A stretch of 64,000 nucleotides of DNA from Thermoanaerobaculia bacterium (GTDB lineage Bacteria > Acidobacteriota > Thermoanaerobaculia > Gp7-AA8), in the NCBI GenBank assembly GCA_035468985.1, contig DATISF010000038.1, positions 31,652 to 95,651 of the forward strand, written 5' to 3'. Under the pieces are notes generated by a model. That model had not been told where the DNA came from. It saw only the letters and a list, made by a program, of their open reading frames with translations, and ran no database searches. A program made the position numbers and the translations under genes. Positions 42,651 through 51,926 of the stretch are shown piece by piece (position 1 is the stretch's first letter; every line of letters begins with the position of its first letter).

Positions 42651-42791
42651 GCGTTCGCCGCAACCGCAGCGAGGAAGATACCACCCGCGATCATCGCGAT
42701 CACCCATAGATGATCGCCTGCTTCCTTGCGTCGGAACGGACCAAACCCGCCCGCCAGTCGCCGCGGCTCAGCCAAATGGTTGGCTTCTCCT

Positions 42792-43781
42792 TCATCGCGG
42801 CAAACGCTTCTTCTCGATCTTCACCATCACCGTGTACTCCGGATCCACCATCTCCACGACCGGCGCTTTCGCGTTCTGCGAGACGAACTCGTATGCGTCC
42901 ATCTCCGAGAGGCCACTCACATCCTGGACCCAGCGCACCATCTCCTTGAACGCGATCCGTGCCGCGTCTTCGAGCGGGCGGCCGGCGCCGACCGTCATCA
43001 TCCACTCGCCGTTCTCGATCCGCGGCCATGGCGTCGCGCGGCCCTTGATCAGATCGACGGTCAGCTCGACGTTCATCGCCCCTTCGATCGCGGTGCCGAT
43101 GATCTCGCCATCGCCCATCGCGTAGTGGCCGTCGCCGAACGACAGGAGCGCGCCCGGAGCGCGGACTCCGAGGTAGACGGTGTTGCCGGCGCGGATTTCG
43201 GGGCAATCCATGTTGCCGCCGAACGAGTCCGGCACGATCGTGGAGCGGACTTCCTGTCCCGGCGACACGCCCAGACATCCGAGGAACGGGGCGAGAGGAA
43301 CTTCCCAGGAGCGCTTGCCGTCGAGCGACGTCGTGCGCGCCACGTTCTTTGTCTTATCCACTGAATAGAACCACACCTTCTCCGGCAGATCGGGACCGAG
43401 GACGGCGGTGCGGTCGGTGCCGTTGAGCGCGCCGAATCCGGGGAAGAACGATGAGATGCCGTGATCGCGCGCGGGCTCGAGCTTCTCGATCCGGATGACC
43501 ACCGTGTCGCCCGGCTCAGCGCCGTCGATGTAGAACGGGCCGGTCTGCGGATTGTCGTGGCCCGGCGGCATGACTTTCGTCGGCAGCTGATCGGGGCTCG
43601 TGACCGCGCCGTCGTAGCAGTCTTCCGTCCACGTGACGATGCGGGTTCCCGGCTTGATGTGGTGAGTCGGCGCGACCCCGCCGAATGTGTACTTCAGCTC
43701 TTCATGCTTCGGGATGTAGTGAAGGACCGGCTGCGCCATCTGGGCGACAAGAATCAGTTCCAGCATTCGTGAATCGTACAA
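42792..43781 (-). CDS. acetamidase/formamidase family protein
   Basis: GPFYIDGAEPGDTVVIRI, FGGNMD and GDGHYAMGDGE motifs. The track start is TTG; ATG 43764-43766 or 43737-43739 is more likely. Confidence 0.85.
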   Translation of the reverse strand: MYDSRMLELILVAQMAQPVLHYIPKHEELKYTFGGVAPTHHIKPGTRIVTWTEDCYDGAVTSPDQLPTKVMPPGHDNPQTGPFYIDGAEPGDTVVIRIEKLEPARDHGISSFFPGFGALNGTDRTAVLGPDLPEKVWFYSVDKTKNVARTTSLDGKRSWEVPLAPFLGCLGVSPGQEVRSTIVPDSFGGNMDCPEIRAGNTVYLGVRAPGALLSFGDGHYAMGDGEIIGTAIEGAMNVELTVDLIKGRATPWPRIENGEWMMTVGAGRPLEDAARIAFKEMVRWVQDVSGLSEMDAYEFVSQNAKAPVVEMVDPEYTVMVKIEKKRLPR

Positions 43782-43782
43782 T
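43777..43782 (+). promoter_or_regulatory. -10-like TACAAT 5 nt upstream of the patatin ATG (possible leaderless start)
   Basis: gaatcgTACAATcagtcATG, with no SD. Confidence 0.35.
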
Positions 43783-43787
43783 CAGTC

Positions 43788-45041
43788 ATGCCAGAGCGCC
43801 GCCACGCATCCGATTTCAAGCGCGTCGCCTTCCGCGCCACCGGCGGCAAGATCAAAGCGATCTTCTGGCACCTCGGCGTGCGGGCGGCGTTGGAGGATCG
43901 CGGCTTCCGCTTCACCACCGGATTCGGACCGCTCGCGGAAACGGGGCCCGGCGAGATCGGGATTCTCATCGGATCGTCGGCCGGCAGCGTATTCGCAATG
44001 CTGGCGGCCGGCGGCTTCGACGTTCCGACGATCATCAGCTCGTTCATCGGGCGCGACTCCGCGCTTCCGCCGATCGATCACTCGACCATCTTTCGCAAAC
44101 GCAGCATCGCCATGGGCGGTTACTTCCGGCGCATCCGCAACGCCGTGAACCTGCGAGCCGGCGCAGAGCTGTTCCCGGGGAGCGGCATCGGCGTCGAGAA
44201 CGAACCGGAAGGCGACCCGCGGATCGAAGCATCGTACGAGCTGACGTTCGAGAAGCTCCGCCGCCATTTCAAGCTGAGCGACCTGCTCGTCCTGCGCTCG
44301 CACTACGTCCTCACCGGCATGGAGGAATGGTTCCGCAAACTCCTCGGCTCGCACGACCGGTTCGAGGACCTGCGCCCGTCGCTGTTCATTCTCGCCTCCG
44401 ATCTCGATCAGCCAATGACCGCGGTGTTCGGCCGGCGCGACGAGAATTGCCTCTGGTACCGCTACTTCGCGGGAGTGCGGCCGTCGCGGGCGGCGTCGGC
44501 GTCGATGGCCATCCCGTCGCTCTTCAATCCCGTTTCGATCCGGCTCAACGATCACAAGCACTACTTCATCGACGGCGATGTCTACAACCCGACCGAGCCG
44601 ATGATCGAGTCGGATCACGGTTGCGACCTGGCCATCATCTCGTCGTTCGAGGCTCCCTACCGCTTTCACCCGGCCATCGGATCGCTCCATCACCTCGGAC
44701 TGCCGTACGAGGTGTCGCAGGCGATCGCGCTGACCATCTACAACCGCTTCCTGCAGAGCCGCAACACCGCGCGCGCGAAAGAAGCCGGGCTGGCAGCGGC
44801 GCGCGACGCGCTGGCGAAACATCTCGATGAGGAGAGGCTCGAAGCCGAATGCCGCCGCATCGCCAAAGCGCTGGAGATGTCGATCGACATGAAGATCGTC
44901 CATCTCCATCCGTTCAAGAACTCGCTGCTGTTTTTCGAGAACCCGTTCGATCTCTCGTCGCGAACGCTCGGGAAGATGCTCGTGGAGGCGTCGCTGCAGG
45001 CCAGCGAGCTGCTCGATCAGGCGGGATTCACGACGTCGTAG
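43788..45041 (+). CDS. patatin-like phospholipase
   Basis: GxSxG (GSSAG), DGx (IDGDVYN), and an N-terminal Gly-rich oxyanion region. Confidence 0.85.
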   Translation: MPERRHASDFKRVAFRATGGKIKAIFWHLGVRAALEDRGFRFTTGFGPLAETGPGEIGILIGSSAGSVFAMLAAGGFDVPTIISSFIGRDSALPPIDHSTIFRKRSIAMGGYFRRIRNAVNLRAGAELFPGSGIGVENEPEGDPRIEASYELTFEKLRRHFKLSDLLVLRSHYVLTGMEEWFRKLLGSHDRFEDLRPSLFILASDLDQPMTAVFGRRDENCLWYRYFAGVRPSRAASASMAIPSLFNPVSIRLNDHKHYFIDGDVYNPTEPMIESDHGCDLAIISSFEAPYRFHPAIGSLHHLGLPYEVSQAIALTIYNRFLQSRNTARAKEAGLAAARDALAKHLDEERLEAECRRIAKALEMSIDMKIVHLHPFKNSLLFFENPFDLSSRTLGKMLVEASLQASELLDQAGFTTS

Positions 45042-45060
45042 CCAGCGGGCGACGGTCCGT

Positions 45061-45195
45061 GGCTCTGCAAGTCGTTGTTCACGTCATCCTGAGCCGCGAA
45101 GACGGCGAAGGATCTCGAAATCGCACGCGTTTTCGCATCCCGAGATCCTTCGTCGCGCTTCGCCGACTCAGGATGACGACTTGTGCAGAGGTTCC
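45061..45195. repeat. MITE/REP-like palindromic element (copy 1 of a direct pair)
   Basis: Nearly identical to 45255-45389 and to 18234-18416. Confidence 0.85.
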
Positions 45196-45254
45196 CTAAA
45201 CGTCACTCCGCGACCGGAGTCGCTCTAACGAAGGAAGGCGTTCCACACCTCTGG

Positions 45255-45389
45255 GGAACCTCTGCGCAAGTCGTTGTTCACGTCATCCTGAGCCGCGAGG
45301 ACGGCGAAGGATCTCGAAATCGCACGCGTTTTCGCATCCCGAGATCTTCGTCGCGCTTCGCCGACTCAGGATGACCACTTGTGGAGCTC
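45255..45389. repeat. MITE/REP-like palindromic element (copy 2 of a direct pair)
   Basis: Same orientation as copy 1, after a ~59-nt spacer. Confidence 0.85.
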
Positions 45390-45414
45390 ACACGACGATC
45401 GCGGCGCCGGTGCC

Positions 45415-46836
45415 CTACACGACGTCGTAATAGAACTTCTTCAGCACGTTTTCGGCGAGCAGCAGGCGGAACTCCTTCGAGCCGCGCACGTCGCGGATCG
45501 GCGTGATCTCTTCTTTCGCGATCGCACCGGCGTCTTCGAGTGATTCGATCGAGAACGGCTTGCCGGTGAGAAACGATTCTGTGCGCGGAAGGCGGAGCAC
45601 CACCGGGGCCACACCGCCGTAGGCGATGCGGATGGCGTCGATGCGATCGCCGGCGCGGCGCATGAGCATCGCCGCCGTGAACGACGAGATATCGAGATGC
45701 GAGCGCTTGGAGATCTTGTAGAGGCGGAGCGTGTCGCTGCGCGCCGGCAGCGGAACGACGATCCGCGTGATGATCTCGTCCGCGGCGAGGTCGAGCGTCT
45801 TGTAGCCGCGATAGAACGACGCGATGGGAACGGTGCGCGTGCCGCTCTTCCCCGTCAATTCGAGGCGCGCGTCGCTGACATAGAGGAACGGGAGCGTGTC
45901 GGCGATCGGCGAGGCGTTGGCGATGTTGCCGGCCAGAGTTCCCGCGTTCTTGATCTGCGGCGAGCCGAAGCGATCGAGCACGCGCGCAAGCTCCGGCACC
46001 TTCCCTTGAACGAATTCCTCGAGCCGCGTGAGCGTCACCCGCCCGCCCACGACGAGCTGCCCGTCGTCGATCCTCAACTCGTCGAGACCGGCGACGCCGT
46101 CGAGACTGAGCAGCGCGCCCGGCTCGAATCCGCGCTTATTGCACCACACGCCGAAGTCGGTCGCCCCCTGCACGATCGTGCACTTCGGATTGGAAGCCTT
46201 GAACGCCACTGCATGCCCCAGCTCGACGGGCTTGAAGAACGAACCGAAGCGCACGGGGTCGCGCTCGAGAGTCTCGAATTCGCGAAGCATTTCCGCGGAC
46301 GGATAAAGCTCATCGATCGCGGGCTGCTTTTCGACCTCGAGCGCGGCTTTGATGATCGGCTCGTATCCGGTGCAGCGGCAGAGATTGCCGGTCAGCGCGG
46401 CCCGAACGAATGAAGCCCCGGCTTCAGCCGGTCGCTTCCCCGGCTCAAGCCGGGGCTCCATCTCGTACATCGCCTGCATGGCCATGATGAACCCCGGCGT
46501 GCAGTACCCGCACTGCGCGCCATGGCAGCGCACCATCGCGTCCTGCAGGGGCGTGAGCTTTCCGTTGTGCGTCAGGCCTTCGACGCTGACGACGTGCGTA
46601 CAGTCGAGCTGAAACAGAAAGGTGATGCAGGAGTTGATCGGCCGGTAGCGCATCGCGCCGTTCTCGCGCCGGCCGATGAGAACCGTGCACGCGCCGCAGT
46701 CGCCTTCCTCGCAGACGATCTTCGTTCCGGTCTCGCGCAGGTCGTAACGGAGGTAGCGCGACAGCGACTGCATGGCCGTGGCGGCATCGACCGCCTGGCG
46801 CTTCCCGTTGAGGTAGAACGTGACCGATTCACGCAC
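45415..46836 (-). CDS. xdhA: xanthine dehydrogenase small subunit (2x[2Fe-2S] + FAD-binding)
   Basis: CEEGDCGACTV, CGYCTPGF and LCRCTGY, followed by a CO-dehydrogenase-flavoprotein-like domain. Confidence 0.92.
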   Translation of the reverse strand: MRESVTFYLNGKRQAVDAATAMQSLSRYLRYDLRETGTKIVCEEGDCGACTVLIGRRENGAMRYRPINSCITFLFQLDCTHVVSVEGLTHNGKLTPLQDAMVRCHGAQCGYCTPGFIMAMQAMYEMEPRLEPGKRPAEAGASFVRAALTGNLCRCTGYEPIIKAALEVEKQPAIDELYPSAEMLREFETLERDPVRFGSFFKPVELGHAVAFKASNPKCTIVQGATDFGVWCNKRGFEPGALLSLDGVAGLDELRIDDGQLVVGGRVTLTRLEEFVQGKVPELARVLDRFGSPQIKNAGTLAGNIANASPIADTLPFLYVSDARLELTGKSGTRTVPIASFYRGYKTLDLAADEIITRIVVPLPARSDTLRLYKISKRSHLDISSFTAAMLMRRAGDRIDAIRIAYGGVAPVVLRLPRTESFLTGKPFSIESLEDAGAIAKEEITPIRDVRGSKEFRLLLAENVLKKFYYDVV

Positions 46837-47977
46837 GAGGCGCTGATCTTATCGTGGTCGCGATCGCGGAGATGAGAATCGCGCCGGCGAGCGGGACGAT
46901 CATCGCCGCGCGCAGCGAGTAGGCCTGCGACAGATGGCCGATTCCCCACGGGAACAGCATTCCGCCGACGAGCCCCATGGCAAACAGCAGCCCGAAGATC
47001 GTGCCCGCCAGGCGCTCGTAACGGTCTGCAGCGATCGCCAGCGTCGTCGGATAGATGGCCGCGAACGAGATCCCGATGATCGCCGCGCCGATGGCCAGCC
47101 CGGCCACCGACGTCGACGCGACCATGACCGCCGCGCCCACGACCGATCCGATCCCGCTGCTCAGCACGAGCGCGTGTTTCGACATGAGGGCCAGGAGTTT
47201 CGCGCCGAGCACCCGCCCGATCATCAGCGCCGCCCAGTAGCCGGCGAGAATCCACGTTGCCGTGCGCGGCCGCGCGCCGATCGAACCGGCGTAGGTCGAC
47301 GTCCATCCGCCGATCGCCGCTTCATTTCCCGACTGGCAGAACAGAAGGATGCCGAACAGCAGCACGCCGGGAATGCGCACGGCCTTGATCGACGCCAGCA
47401 GCGAAAAGCCGATGGCCTCGCGCGGCGGAGGAAAGGTCAGGACGAGATAGAAGATCGTGCACAGCGCCGCGAGCGACGCCGCGATGAGCAGCAATTGCGT
47501 GATCGTGAAGAATCCCGTGATGATCGCCGCGAGCAGCGGGATGAACAGCGCGCCGAATCCGAAGAACGTTCCCAGGACGTTGAGCATCGGGCCGCGGTTC
47601 TCGGGATAGAGATCGGCGACGAGCGCGTTGGCCGATGTGTTCAGTCCTCCTCCGCCGAATCCGAGGATCACGGCGGCGAGCATGGCGCCGGGGAAGGAGT
47701 GCACGTATGCGAACACGACCAGCGCGATCGTCACCAGCGCCGCGGAAATCGTGAGCACGATCTTGTTCCCGAAGCTGTCGATCATCGGACCGACGACGAT
47801 CGTCGACAAAAACACGCCGAAGAACAGCGCCAGAAAAATGTCGCCCTGCTGGACGAGCGTGACTCCGAGCCGCTCGCGCATGGCCGGCAACCCGAACAGC
47901 GCGCCGAGGATCGCCAGCACGATGCCGAAGACGAACATCGCCGCGCACGCGCCGAGAAAGAGCCGGTTGCGATTCAT
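46829..47977 (-). CDS. MFS transporter (sugar-type)
   Basis: Hydrophobic 12-TM-like profile. ATG 47975-47977 overlaps the SIS stop (ATGA). Its stop overlaps the xdhA start by 8 nt. Confidence 0.85.
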   Translation of the reverse strand: MNRNRLFLGACAAMFVFGIVLAILGALFGLPAMRERLGVTLVQQGDIFLALFFGVFLSTIVVGPMIDSFGNKIVLTISAALVTIALVVFAYVHSFPGAMLAAVILGFGGGGLNTSANALVADLYPENRGPMLNVLGTFFGFGALFIPLLAAIITGFFTITQLLLIAASLAALCTIFYLVLTFPPPREAIGFSLLASIKAVRIPGVLLFGILLFCQSGNEAAIGGWTSTYAGSIGARPRTATWILAGYWAALMIGRVLGAKLLALMSKHALVLSSGIGSVVGAAVMVASTSVAGLAIGAAIIGISFAAIYPTTLAIAADRYERLAGTIFGLLFAMGLVGGMLFPWGIGHLSQAYSLRAAMIVPLAGAILISAIATTIRSAPRA

Positions 47978-48723
47978 CTTCGAAGCGCTTTCTCGTACGC
48001 CTCGAAGACCTGCCTGTTGTTCTCCGCCGGGACTCCCGGCACGTTCGGCGATACGAACGTCGGCAACGTCATCCCCCGCTTGGCCAGCTCCTTGGCCACC
48101 TCGGCCATGATCGACATGGCGATCGTCACGAAGGCCACCGTCGAGCCGGCGGCAACCGGCGCCGTCCACCCTTCGACGCTGACGAGCGCATCCTCTGCCG
48201 GAACACAGTTGTCGATGACGATGTCGGCAACGTCGGAGAGCTTCTTTCCGCTGGAGTGACTTGCCGTCGCCCTGCGCTGATTGTCCATCGATGTGATGGC
48301 CACGACCTTCACCTGCCGCGCCCGTGACTCCATCGCCACTTCGATTCCGACCGCATTCACCCCGCCATGCGAGAAGATCACCATCACATCACCGGCGCGG
48401 ATCGGCTCGTTCTCGAAGAGCACCTTCGCGTAGCCCTCCTGCCGCTCCAGCCAGAGCAGGCCTTGCGCGCCGCCCGATCCGATGACGCTCTGCCACATCA
48501 GCCGCGCGTCCATCAGCGGATGAAAGGCGGGAAAGCTTCCGTAGCGCGGGAAGACGTCCTGCACCGGAAGCACGGAGTGCCCGCTGCCGAAGAGATGGAC
48601 GAGGCCTTTCTTCGCGATGGAGTCCGCCATGGTCTGCGCGGCGCGGCGGATGTTGTCGGTCTGCGTCGACCAGATGCAGTCGAGCACTTCGGTGATGCGC
48701 TGGCGATAGGTGTCGCTGCTCAT
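47974..48723 (-). CDS. SIS-domain (phosphosugar-binding) protein
   Basis: VHLFGSGHS motif. ATG 48721-48723 overlaps the ROK stop (ATGA). Confidence 0.8.
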   Translation of the reverse strand: MSSDTYRQRITEVLDCIWSTQTDNIRRAAQTMADSIAKKGLVHLFGSGHSVLPVQDVFPRYGSFPAFHPLMDARLMWQSVIGSGGAQGLLWLERQEGYAKVLFENEPIRAGDVMVIFSHGGVNAVGIEVAMESRARQVKVVAITSMDNQRRATASHSSGKKLSDVADIVIDNCVPAEDALVSVEGWTAPVAAGSTVAFVTIAMSIMAEVAKELAKRGMTLPTFVSPNVPGVPAENNRQVFEAYEKALRR

Positions 48724-49577
48724 CGACTCTCCAGTGCCAGGCGGGCCACGCCCAGCAGATTTGCTTCGGTTCCGAGGGTGCTCACGACGATGTCGATGTC
48801 GGGGAACGACAGAGGCTGCGCGTACTCGTGCGCGGTGCGCTTCACGTCGTCGAGAAACAGGTCCGCCGCACTCGCCAGCCCTCCGGTGAGCACGACCACC
48901 TCCGGATCGAAGAGGCTCACGAGATTGGCGACCGCGCGGCCGAGATGGCGGGCGGCATCGGCGAACGTTTTCCGGGCGATGCGATCGCCGCTGCGCGCGA
49001 GCTCCGCCACGTGCGCGGCCGAAGGCGCGCCGAAGGCCCGGGCGATGGCAGGGCCCGCGGCGAGCGCCTCCAACGCGCCCTTCGATTTCGTGGCCACGTT
49101 TTCCTGATCGCCGACAATCATCCACCCCGCGCACCCGGAGAGCTCGTGCGCACCGCGCACGAGCGTTCCGCCGCTGAGGATCCCGGCCCCGATACCGGTT
49201 CCGACGATCAGAACGACGACGTCGGACTTCCCCCGCGCGGCGCCGGCCCAGCTCTCTCCCAGGGCAACGGCGTTGCGGTCACTCTCGACGAATGCCGGAA
49301 TGCGCAGCGCGCGCTTCAGTTCGCGCGCGAGCGGAACGCGATCCCAACCGGAAAGGTTCGGAGCCCAGACCGTTCCGTCGCGGCGAGCAAGACCGGGCAC
49401 TGCGACGCCGATGGCGTCGCCGCCGATCTGGTTCGCCATCCTCACGATCTGCTCGACGGTTGCGTCGACCGAGGTGTGGTCGACCGGTTCCTCGATGCGG
49501 CCGTGCAGCGATCCACGCGCGCTGACGGATGCGGCCGCGACTTTTGTACCCCCGAGATCGATGGCGATGACGCTCAT
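48720..49577 (-). CDS. ROK/ASKHA-family sugar kinase
   Basis: MSVIAIDLGGTKV, VGTGIGAGI. Start moved to ATG 49575-49577. Confidence 0.85.
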   Translation of the reverse strand: MSVIAIDLGGTKVAAASVSARGSLHGRIEEPVDHTSVDATVEQIVRMANQIGGDAIGVAVPGLARRDGTVWAPNLSGWDRVPLARELKRALRIPAFVESDRNAVALGESWAGAARGKSDVVVLIVGTGIGAGILSGGTLVRGAHELSGCAGWMIVGDQENVATKSKGALEALAAGPAIARAFGAPSAAHVAELARSGDRIARKTFADAARHLGRAVANLVSLFDPEVVVLTGGLASAADLFLDDVKRTAHEYAQPLSFPDIDIVVSTLGTEANLLGVARLALESR

Positions 49578-49607
49578 TGTGGCGGATGATAACGTGACGG
49601 TCCTCCC

Positions 49608-50711
49608 ATGATCCTCGGCGCAGCGCTCCTGATGCTCTCCGGCGACGTGATGCTCGGGCGAGGGATCGATCAGATCCTTCGACATTCCGTCGATCCCGTG
49701 CTTTACGAGCACTACATGCGGACGGCGAAAGGCTACGTCGAGCTCGCCGAGCAGAAGAGCGGACCGATCCCGCGCCAGGCCGGACCCGAGTACGTCTGGG
49801 GCGATGCTCTGGCCATCCTCAAAACGCAGAATCCGAGCGCGCGCATCGTCAATCTGGAAACCGCGGTCACGACCGTGAGCGAGCCGTGGCCGGGCAAGGG
49901 CATCAACTACCGGATGCATCCGGCGAACGTCGACCTCCTCGAGGCCGCGCACATCGACTGCGCGGTCATCTCGAACAATCACGTTCTCGATTGGGGGCGA
50001 AAGGGTTTCGACGAGACGCTGAAGACGCTTCACCGCGCGGGCCTGAAAACGGCCGGCGCCGGATCGAACGCCGCGGACGCGGCGGCCCCGGCGATCATCG
50101 ATGTGCCAGGAGGGCGCGTCCTCGTCTTCGCCATGGCCGATCGAAGCAGTGGCGTGCCCGCGGATTGGGAGGCACTGCCGGCGCGCTCGGGTGTTCGTCT
50201 CCTTCCCGATCTCTCGCGGAAGACGGCGGAGTCGATCGCGCGGCAGATCAAGACTCATCCGCGGAAAACGGGCGATCGCCTCATCGCGTCGATCCACTGG
50301 GGCAGCAACTGGGGTTATGACGTCGACTCCGACGAAGAACGGTTCGCGAAGACGCTCATCGATCAGGGCGGCGTCGACATCGTCCACGGCCACTCCTCGC
50401 ACCACCCGAAGCGGATCGAGATCTATCGCGGGAGGCTCATCCTCTATGGAGCGGGAGATCTCATCAATGATTACGAAGGCATCAGCGGATACGAGGAGTT
50501 CCGGCCGGATCTGTCGCTGCTCTATCTGCCGGTGTTGTCGCAAACGGGCGCGCTCGAGTCGATGACGCTCGTGCCGCTGCGGATGAAACGTTTCCGGCTC
50601 AACCGGGCGAGCACGGAAGAAACGCAGTGGCTGCTCCGGACGATGGAGAGGGAATCGCGCGGCGCGAAATTCACGCTGAGGAAGGATGGTCTGATCGAAG
50701 TCAAGCCATGA
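49608..50711 (+). CDS. CapA/PGA_cap-family metallophosphatase-like protein
   Basis: SGDVMLGRG, NLETA, SNNHVLD and HGHSSHH motifs. Confidence 0.85.
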   Translation: MILGAALLMLSGDVMLGRGIDQILRHSVDPVLYEHYMRTAKGYVELAEQKSGPIPRQAGPEYVWGDALAILKTQNPSARIVNLETAVTTVSEPWPGKGINYRMHPANVDLLEAAHIDCAVISNNHVLDWGRKGFDETLKTLHRAGLKTAGAGSNAADAAAPAIIDVPGGRVLVFAMADRSSGVPADWEALPARSGVRLLPDLSRKTAESIARQIKTHPRKTGDRLIASIHWGSNWGYDVDSDEERFAKTLIDQGGVDIVHGHSSHHPKRIEIYRGRLILYGAGDLINDYEGISGYEEFRPDLSLLYLPVLSQTGALESMTLVPLRMKRFRLNRASTEETQWLLRTMERESRGAKFTLRKDGLIEVKP

Positions 50712-51451
50712 ACATCGAACGCTATCTGCGCCGCATCGATTACCAGGGGCAGGTCGACACGACCGCGGAGACGCTGCGCAACCTGCACGAGCGTCATCTC
50801 TTCACGGTCCCTTTCGAGAACCTCGACATCGGCCGGCGGCCGATCGTCATCGATGAAGCCGCGTTCGTTCGCAAAGTGGTCGAGGAGCGGCGCGGCGGGT
50901 TCTGCTACGAGCTCAACGGCGCCTTCTCCGCTCTCCTCCGCTCCCTCGGCTTCGATGTGATGCTGCTCTCCGCCGGCGTGGCCCGCCAGGCCGGCGGATT
51001 CGGACCGGAGTTCGATCACCTGGCGCTGCTGGTCTCGGCGAATGGCGAGCGCTGGCTCGCCGACGTCGGATTCGGCGACTCGTTCGTTCGTCCGCTGCGC
51101 TTCGTCACCGATACCGATCTGCAGGACCCGGCCGGAGCCTTCCGCATCGAACGCGATGCCGACTCCTTCATCGTGAGATGGGCGGGCAAGCCGCAGTATC
51201 GATTCCTGCTGATCCCGCACGCGCTCGACGAATATGCCCCCCGGTGCCATTTCCATCAGACGTCGCCGGAATCGTCGTTCACGCAGAAAAGCGTCTGCAG
51301 CCTGGCCACGCCGGTGGGACGGATCACGCTCTCGGACCGCAGGCTCATCACGACTGAGAGCGGCGAGCGCACCGAGCGCGAACTGAGCGAAGCGGAGTGG
51401 ACGAACGTCCTGCGCGATGTCTTCGGCGTCACGCTTCCGCGCGGAGCCTGA
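50708..51451 (+). CDS. arylamine N-acetyltransferase
   Basis: LHERHLFTVPFENLD; catalytic Cys context RRGGFCYELN; His in EFDHLAL; Asp in LADVGFGD. The ATG overlaps the CapA stop (ATGA). Confidence 0.88.
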   Translation: MNIERYLRRIDYQGQVDTTAETLRNLHERHLFTVPFENLDIGRRPIVIDEAAFVRKVVEERRGGFCYELNGAFSALLRSLGFDVMLLSAGVARQAGGFGPEFDHLALLVSANGERWLADVGFGDSFVRPLRFVTDTDLQDPAGAFRIERDADSFIVRWAGKPQYRFLLIPHALDEYAPRCHFHQTSPESSFTQKSVCSLATPVGRITLSDRRLITTESGERTERELSEAEWTNVLRDVFGVTLPRGA

Positions 51452-51926
51452 TGGCCCGCAACCACATCCGCCGGATGAAGCCGCTGCCGGCGCGGATCGC
51501 GAGCCAGTACATCGCAAAGAGGCGCCTGGATCGTTTGTCGCTCGAATCGACCCGCGTCTCCGTCGACAGGTCGCAACCGCCGCGATCGTCCGGCGTGACC
51601 AGAAAGTTCATCGCCGCCGTCGTATGCGCGTCAATTCGGGTGGCCACGACCAGCTCGCGCGGCGAGTCGTCGGCGAGAACTTCGAATCCGCTGCGCGTGG
51701 CCACGTCGAGGATCGGTTCGTGCTTCGGCGGATTCAGGATGCTCTCCGGCCCGGAACGAAATCCCCGGCGGATCGCCGTCAGCGTGCGGAGGAAGAGGAT
51801 CTCCTCTGCCGTGACGGCGTGAATCGCCGCAAAGACCTTCTCGGGTGACGCAACCACGTGCGTGACGTGCCGTTCGCCGAACTGCCAGACCGGCATGATC
51901 TGGTCGAGCCGCGTCATCGCCGTCAC
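51429..51926 (-). CDS. hypothetical protein
   Basis: 165-aa ORF. The GTG start overlaps the upstream stop (GTGA). No motif was recognised. Confidence 0.5.
   Translation of the reverse strand: MTAMTRLDQIMPVWQFGERHVTHVVASPEKVFAAIHAVTAEEILFLRTLTAIRRGFRSGPESILNPPKHEPILDVATRSGFEVLADDSPRELVVATRIDAHTTAAMNFLVTPDDRGGCDLSTETRVDSSDKRSRRLFAMYWLAIRAGSGFIRRMWLRAIRLRAEA

Noticed and set aside
42563-42775. A 70-aa ORF with a hydrophobic segment downstream of the formamidase gene, plus other small ORFs containing VVHVILSREDGEGSRN or RRLRMTTCAEV.
   Set aside because: The C-terminal halves are translations of the REP/MITE element. There is no independent support for the remainder.
45061-45389. Possible CRISPR array, suggested by two near-identical direct repeats with a spacer.
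   Set aside because: The repeats are ~135 nt, internally palindromic, and belong to a dispersed family found in both orientations. There are only two copies here and no cas genes in the window.
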